Shown here piece by piece: positions 60,771 to 64,000 of a stretch of DNA of 64,000 bases. This stretch comes from Thermoanaerobaculia bacterium (GTDB lineage Bacteria; Acidobacteriota; Thermoanaerobaculia; UBA5066; Gp7-AA6). The notes below the pieces were generated by a model, which did no database searches, was not told the origin of the DNA, and worked only from the letters and a program-made list of their open reading frames with translations. The translations under genes were made by a program, and so were the position numbers. Every line of letters begins with the position of its first letter. Within the stretch, counting starts at the first letter, position 1. The DNA lies in NCBI GenBank assembly GCA_035498405.1, contig DATKAE010000011.1:226-64225 (forward strand), written 5' to 3'.

Positions 60771-61973
60771 GTGCTAGGCTTCAGACATTCCTTGAGCGGC
60801 ACACCGACTCAACCCACTCCTCCGCCACCTGCGCCGAACACGCCGACGACCGAGCCGGTGCCTCCGACATCTAGCAGCGCTCGTTCCTTCCAGATTACGG
60901 GTGGGGCCCCTCGACTGCTTCTGGGCTGGTGGATTTTCAGGAAATGGGCTTGGCGGAACACCGCGGGAGCCGTTTACGTCGCCGTGCTCTATTTCGTGGC
61001 CGCTGTCTTCTGGGGCGTCGCATCTGGCAACCCATATCGACCACCTCAATGGGTTTACTCGGGCCTACCGCGTAGCGCTGGTGTCGCAATCGTCTGGCTG
61101 CTCTTAATCTGCGAGCTTCAGCTAACCCAATTCATTGGGTTCCTCTTCTACGTGGCATTCTTCTGGATCTGGCTCCCGTTTCATCTCGCGGGAGCACGTT
61201 CCCAGCGACGCAAAGCAGCCGCTGGACAGACCAATCGAAGCACCAAGCTTTCAACGAGTCTTCGGCTCTGGCACGTTGCTGGTCTCGCGCTTTTGCTCGC
61301 CGTGGTCGTTTTCTGGCCGCTGCCCTCTCGGCTTTTCGCAGGAATTGCGGCCCTGGTCGGGTTAATTCCGGCGGCGCTACTGATCAAGCGGGCCTGGGTA
61401 GTGGCGATGTCTCCTGCTGATTGGGTGGTCGGATTGAAGGGCCGGGCGGCGGACGCCTATCAGAGATGGAAGGCGGAATCGGAGAGGGTAGAAGCAAGAG
61501 GGAATGTGCTAGCAGCGAGCGCAACAGTCCTCCGGGCACCAGCCAAGGTCGTCAGATTCCTCGAAAAACCAATCAACTATCGCGTCGTCCTTCGTACAAG
61601 CGCGATCTTCTACTTTTTCGGGCTCATCGCGATTCTTCTGCTCTACTTGGGCTTTGAGGCGGCGCTTTGGTTGCGCGCCCTAGCGGACGAAAAGGAGCTA
61701 GCCGCTGCGTTCGGGGGAGGAAGCCTTCCCAACATTGTGCTGATGTCTCTGACCTGCTCGTTGGGAATCGTGGGTCAATGGTTGATTAATGTTTCGCGCC
61801 TCGGCATGCCGGGTAATGTGGTCATCGTGACAAGCAGACTTATCGGACTGGTTGGGTCTGGCATCCTCATAGCCGGCTTCCTCTCCCACTACTCGACGGA
61901 CGTGTCCAGGTTAGAGCGACCCTCTCCGCCGAGCAAACCCGACGGCGGCGAGTCCGGTGCGGCCACAGGTTAG
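60771..61973 (+). CDS. polytopic membrane protein (about 8 TM), no recognisable family
   Basis: 400-aa ORF on the strand opposite to the cassettes, with a Pro/Thr-rich N-terminus. The start is uncertain (no in-frame ATG near the 5' end). The last ~10 codons and the TAG stop are encoded by attC-like site E. Confidence 0.5.
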   Translation: MLGFRHSLSGTPTQPTPPPPAPNTPTTEPVPPTSSSARSFQITGGAPRLLLGWWIFRKWAWRNTAGAVYVAVLYFVAAVFWGVASGNPYRPPQWVYSGLPRSAGVAIVWLLLICELQLTQFIGFLFYVAFFWIWLPFHLAGARSQRRKAAAGQTNRSTKLSTSLRLWHVAGLALLLAVVVFWPLPSRLFAGIAALVGLIPAALLIKRAWVVAMSPADWVVGLKGRAADAYQRWKAESERVEARGNVLAASATVLRAPAKVVRFLEKPINYRVVLRTSAIFYFFGLIAILLLYLGFEAALWLRALADEKELAAAFGGGSLPNIVLMSLTCSLGIVGQWLINVSRLGMPGNVVIVTSRLIGLVGSGILIAGFLSHYSTDVSRLERPSPPSKPDGGESGAATG

Positions 61974-61975
61974 GG
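61912..61975 (-). repeat. attC-like site E (half site)
   Basis: Plus strand: ...agcgacc...ggcggcgagtccggtgcggccacagGTTAGGG. It matches the corresponding arm of site G (gaggcggcgagtccggtgcaacggcatGTTAGGC). The partner arm and box are missing. Confidence 0.45.
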
Positions 61976-61998
61976 CGACACGTGGCAATTCCGCTGCA

Positions 61999-62607
61999 TC
62001 AGGGCACAAGCTTCTCCTCGGATCTCTGCTCGCTACCCAATAGAACACCGCGGTTCTTCTCAAAGACAGCCCGGACCTTGGAACCGAGCTGCTTCCGGTT
62101 CCGAACGAATTGAACATTCTTGTGGATGTCGAAGTGAATCTGTGTACGAAGCTTCGGATCCAGTACGCTATTCTCGCTCGCCACGTAGATTACCGGTTTA
62201 CCCGCTCCCTCGGCATACCCCGCTTCAAAATAGCAAGAGGGTCGCTCGTCGGTGAGATCCGCCACCAGGAATTGCGCCCGCTCTATCTCGTCCTTGATCC
62301 GCCGTACTAATTCATCGAGAGGGTATTCCTTGTCGATTCGGATGCCGAAGCAATCGAGTTGATTGAGAACCGTGTTGATGACTTCGAACCTGGCTTCGTA
62401 TTCCGCGTAGACCCGCTGCTCCTCCTGCGTCCCCTCCTCCTCACCCTGGATCGGCATGATCACGAAGACTCTGGTCTTCGTCTGAGACAAACCACGCTTG
62501 GCTTTGGCCTCGAAAGTCGGGAAAAGATTCCGTTTTCTTGCGCTTGAACCGTTCAAACGGTATCCCACGCTTCTTGTCGTATCGCTCCAGCGTGCGGTAG
62601 ATCTCAA
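61999..62607 (-). CDS. nucleoside 2-deoxyribosyltransferase-like / TIR-like flavodoxin-fold domain protein
   Basis: RVFVIMPIQ (strand 1)...FLVADLTDERPSCYFEAGYAEGAGKPVIYV matches the ADxx..NxNVxxExGxAxxxGKPVI signature of the NDT-like fold. The true start is unclear: TTG or ATG near 62480-62457, or a fusion with the upstream ORF. Confidence 0.6.
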   Translation of the reverse strand: MRSTARWSDTTRSVGYRLNGSSARKRNLFPTFEAKAKRGLSQTKTRVFVIMPIQGEEEGTQEEQRVYAEYEARFEVINTVLNQLDCFGIRIDKEYPLDELVRRIKDEIERAQFLVADLTDERPSCYFEAGYAEGAGKPVIYVASENSVLDPKLRTQIHFDIHKNVQFVRNRKQLGSKVRAVFEKNRGVLLGSEQRSEEKLVP

Positions 62608-62770
62608 GATCCGCGACCGGAACCGTCTGGACCTTCTTGCCCCAACTCGTCTGGATAGTCCCGGTCTGAAGGTAGGGAATCACGTAGTCGGATAGCACCT
62701 GTGCTTCCGTACGGTTGTACACCAGCTTTGTCTTGTTGCTGCGAAGTGCTAGAACGTGGAAGAACTGCAT
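62441..62770 (-). CDS. hypothetical ORF; possible N-terminal domain of the NDT-like protein
   Basis: MQFFHVLALRSNKTKLVYNRTEAQVLSDYVIPYLQTGTIQTSWGKKVQTVPVADLEIYRT... The final ~25 codons overlap the NDT-like ORF in another frame. Confidence 0.45.
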   Translation of the reverse strand: MQFFHVLALRSNKTKLVYNRTEAQVLSDYVIPYLQTGTIQTSWGKKVQTVPVADLEIYRTLERYDKKRGIPFERFKRKKTESFPDFRGQSQAWFVSDEDQSLRDHADPG

Positions 62771-62785
62771 TGGGTCATCATCCTC

Positions 62786-62830
62786 CGCAGCGGCGAGTGG
62801 AAGCGAGTCCGCTGCACGCGCGTGTTAGAC
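62786..62830 (-). repeat. attC-like site F (truncated)
   Basis: Plus strand: ccgcagcggcgagtggaagcgagtccgctgcacgcgcgtGTTAGAC. It is identical to site H over gagtccgctgcacgcgcgtgtta. The far arm and box are replaced 15 nt before the next ATG. Confidence 0.55.
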
Positions 62831-63136
62831 GGCCTTTGATGCCTGATCATGGTGACGTGCCCTGCGCAGGAAGGCAAAGGTTGGCGCAGCCACCACTAAG
62901 ACCACCAGCGCCAGAATGGTCGTGTACAGAACTAGGAACCCAAAAGTCTCTTGAGCCGAGGCATCGTGCGGATCTGAGCGCATCACGAGTCTGAAGAGTA
63001 GGCCATCAAGCCAACCAAGCATGCGACCACCCAGGAGACGTGCGTCAAGCTCGAAGAGAGCTGTCAGAACTAGCCAAGAGGCTGAAGCCACCGCCAAGAC
63101 GCCAGTGGTCTTGCGGATAGCGGCGGTGAGCTTCAC
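62825..63136 (-). CDS. small membrane protein (2 TM), hypothetical cassette ORF
   Basis: 103 aa; GTG start 14 nt after site G; the TAA stop lies inside the GTCTAAC box of site F. Confidence 0.55.
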   Translation of the reverse strand: MKLTAAIRKTTGVLAVASASWLVLTALFELDARLLGGRMLGWLDGLLFRLVMRSDPHDASAQETFGFLVLYTTILALVVLVVAAPTFAFLRRARHHDQASKAV

Positions 63137-63150
63137 GGCCTCTCCCAGCC

Positions 63151-63226
63151 GTCTAACGGGCGGCGCATCACCTGCGAGCGACCAAGCGAAGCGAGGCGGC
63201 GAGTCCGGTGCAACGGCATGTTAGGC
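63151..63226 (-). repeat. attC-like site G (76 bp)
   Basis: GTCTAACgggcggcgcatcacctgcgagcgaccaagcgaagcgaggcggcgagtccggtgcaacggcatGTTAGGC. The stop of the 146-aa ORF lies inside the minus-strand GCCTAAC box. Confidence 0.8.
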
Positions 63227-63661
63227 GCCACTCCCATTCGCAGTATCAGTTGTTCGTGTCTTCAACAATTCGTGGCGTTTGAAGGTCGCTCTCGACGCCC
63301 GCTGCGCGATGAGAAGTATTCCGACCCACATAAGAAGTTGCCAAAGGCCGTAGGTTCGGCTGCCGACCAGAACCCAGGTGGCCATTGCGGCGGTCGCGAT
63401 CAGCAGGAACACGGCGACAACCCGCAAGCGAGTTAGCCAGAGAAGGGCAGCGGGGATTGCCAAGGCTGCAGCCGCCGCTGCTGCCACCCATCCGGCGCGC
63501 CGATTTGCCACGATGACAAGCAACGCAACGAGCAGAATAGCGACACTCATGTCGCGGAGGACGAGACCCGCCTCTGTCGCGTTATCAAGCGGGCCGAAGA
63601 AGCGAATTGCCGGGCCTCGGTAACCCTGCGCTCTCTCGAGCTCTTGCTGTCTCTCAAACAC
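63221..63661 (-). CDS. small membrane protein (4 TM), hypothetical cassette ORF
   Basis: 146 aa; GTG start 21 nt after site H; four hydrophobic helices. Confidence 0.55.
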   Translation of the reverse strand: MFERQQELERAQGYRGPAIRFFGPLDNATEAGLVLRDMSVAILLVALLVIVANRRAGWVAAAAAAALAIPAALLWLTRLRVVAVFLLIATAAMATWVLVGSRTYGLWQLLMWVGILLIAQRASRATFKRHELLKTRTTDTANGSGA

Positions 63662-63682
63662 CGACGTGCCCTAAATCCTGGC

Positions 63683-63758
63683 GCTTAACGGGCTGCGCGT
63701 CAGCGGCGAGTGAGGAGCCGAAGGCGACGAACGAGTCCGCTGCACGCGCGTGTTAGGC
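63683..63758 (-). repeat. attC-like site H (76 bp, best preserved)
   Basis: GCTTAACgggctGCGCGTCAGCGGcgagtgaggagccgaaggcgacgaacgagtCCGCTGcACGCGCgtGTTAGGC. Paired stems are GCGCGT/ACGCGC and CAGCGG/CCGCTG, with one unpaired base between them. Confidence 0.85.
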
Positions 63759-63771
63759 AGCGCTCCGAGAA

Positions 63772-64000
63772 TCACCGTTTCAGCCTGGTGGCCTGAATCG
63801 TTACTGTTGTTTTAAGCTCGGATGCGGTTGGACCAGCCTTCAGGATCTGGGTAAAAGACGTGGGAGTGATGTTGGTGAAGACCTCCTGGCGGACAAGTCT
63901 CTTCCCCTTCTCCTCAGTCTCCTCGGTATAGATGAGGCTGTTGCCTTCCCATTTCGCAACGTTCTTGGAAAGCTGGCAGCCGCCCGGGTCATGGCTGGCG
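63772..64000 (-). CDS. partial cassette ORF (3' end), DUF1579-like
   Basis: Hand translation of the only open minus frame: ...ASHDPGGCQLSKNVAKWEGNSLIYTEETEEKGKRLVRQEVFTNITPTSFTQILKAGPTASELKTTVTIQATRLKR*. The stop at 63772 is 13 nt before site H. The 5' end is beyond the window. Confidence 0.55.
   Translation of the reverse strand, partial: ASHDPGGCQLSKNVAKWEGNSLIYTEETEEKGKRLVRQEVFTNITPTSFTQILKAGPTASELKTTVTIQATRLKR

Larger units (their letters stand above)
54364..64000 (-). mobile_element. integron-like gene cassette array (cluster of attC-type sites, no integrase in window, open at the window end)
   Basis: Eight attC-like imperfect palindromes, each placed directly after the stop of a short, unrelated minus-strand ORF. 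Their termini match RYYYAAC / GTTRRRY. See the individual sites below. Confidence 0.75.

Noticed and set aside
60548-60970. Possibility that the tRNA-like repeat is the 3' end of a tmRNA (ssrA) gene or of an intact tRNA.
   Set aside because: Upstream on the minus strand there is no matching 5' acceptor strand (GGGGCCG), no D arm or anticodon arm, and no tag-peptide reading frame ending in a typical ...ALAA stop. Only ~30 nt are tRNA-like.
54364-64000. An integron integrase, or any tyrosine or serine recombinase or transposase, inside the window.
   Set aside because: None of the ORFs in or near the array shows recombinase motifs (an R...HxxR...Y catalytic set or DDE signatures). The array must be completed, if at all, outside the window.

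Overview
High-GC bacterial chromosomal window. Two hand-counted 60-nt lines give 48/60 G+C at 10201-10260 and 27/60 at 62101-62160. The taxon is not determinable from sequence alone; an ADOP-style FtsX permease and a DUF1800/DUF1501 pair hint at Acidobacteriota-like, which is inference only.

1-28.5 kb is conserved housekeeping. On the minus strand: zapB-like, pheT, pheS, rplT, rpmI, infC, thrS and two tRNA-Val. Then a GT2, a LOG-family protein, pyrE, an NtrC-type regulator, HtrA and a TonB-like protein. On the plus strand: rimP-nusA-infB-DUF503-rbfA-truB-rpsO-pnp, followed by tatD-like, metG and radC.

28.5-53.8 kb is mixed envelope and metabolism. It holds an oxidoreductase / AlkP-like / polyprenyl synthase operon, a STAS/RsbW-like pair, an HExxH protein, a CPBP protease and an ABC-2 exporter. 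It also holds a MetX-like hydrolase, a DUF1800-DUF1501-TPR-PKD/cupredoxin operon, a GT39-like protein, an FtsX permease, a NitT/TauT-type ABC system and a thiolase.

The last ~9.6 kb (54.36-64.0 kb) is qualitatively different. Short, unrelated minus-strand ORFs are each followed by a 70-90 bp imperfect palindrome whose ends match the RYYYAAC / GTTRRRY boxes of integron attC sites. I read this as the distal part of an integron-type cassette array. No integrase lies in the window, and the array is predicted to continue to the right of 64,000. A ~4.4 kb non-cassette segment interrupts it, carrying two ~165-bp direct repeats with a tRNA-3'-end-like motif.

Many very long out-of-frame or antisense ORFs in the supplied track are GC-driven shadows and are not called.
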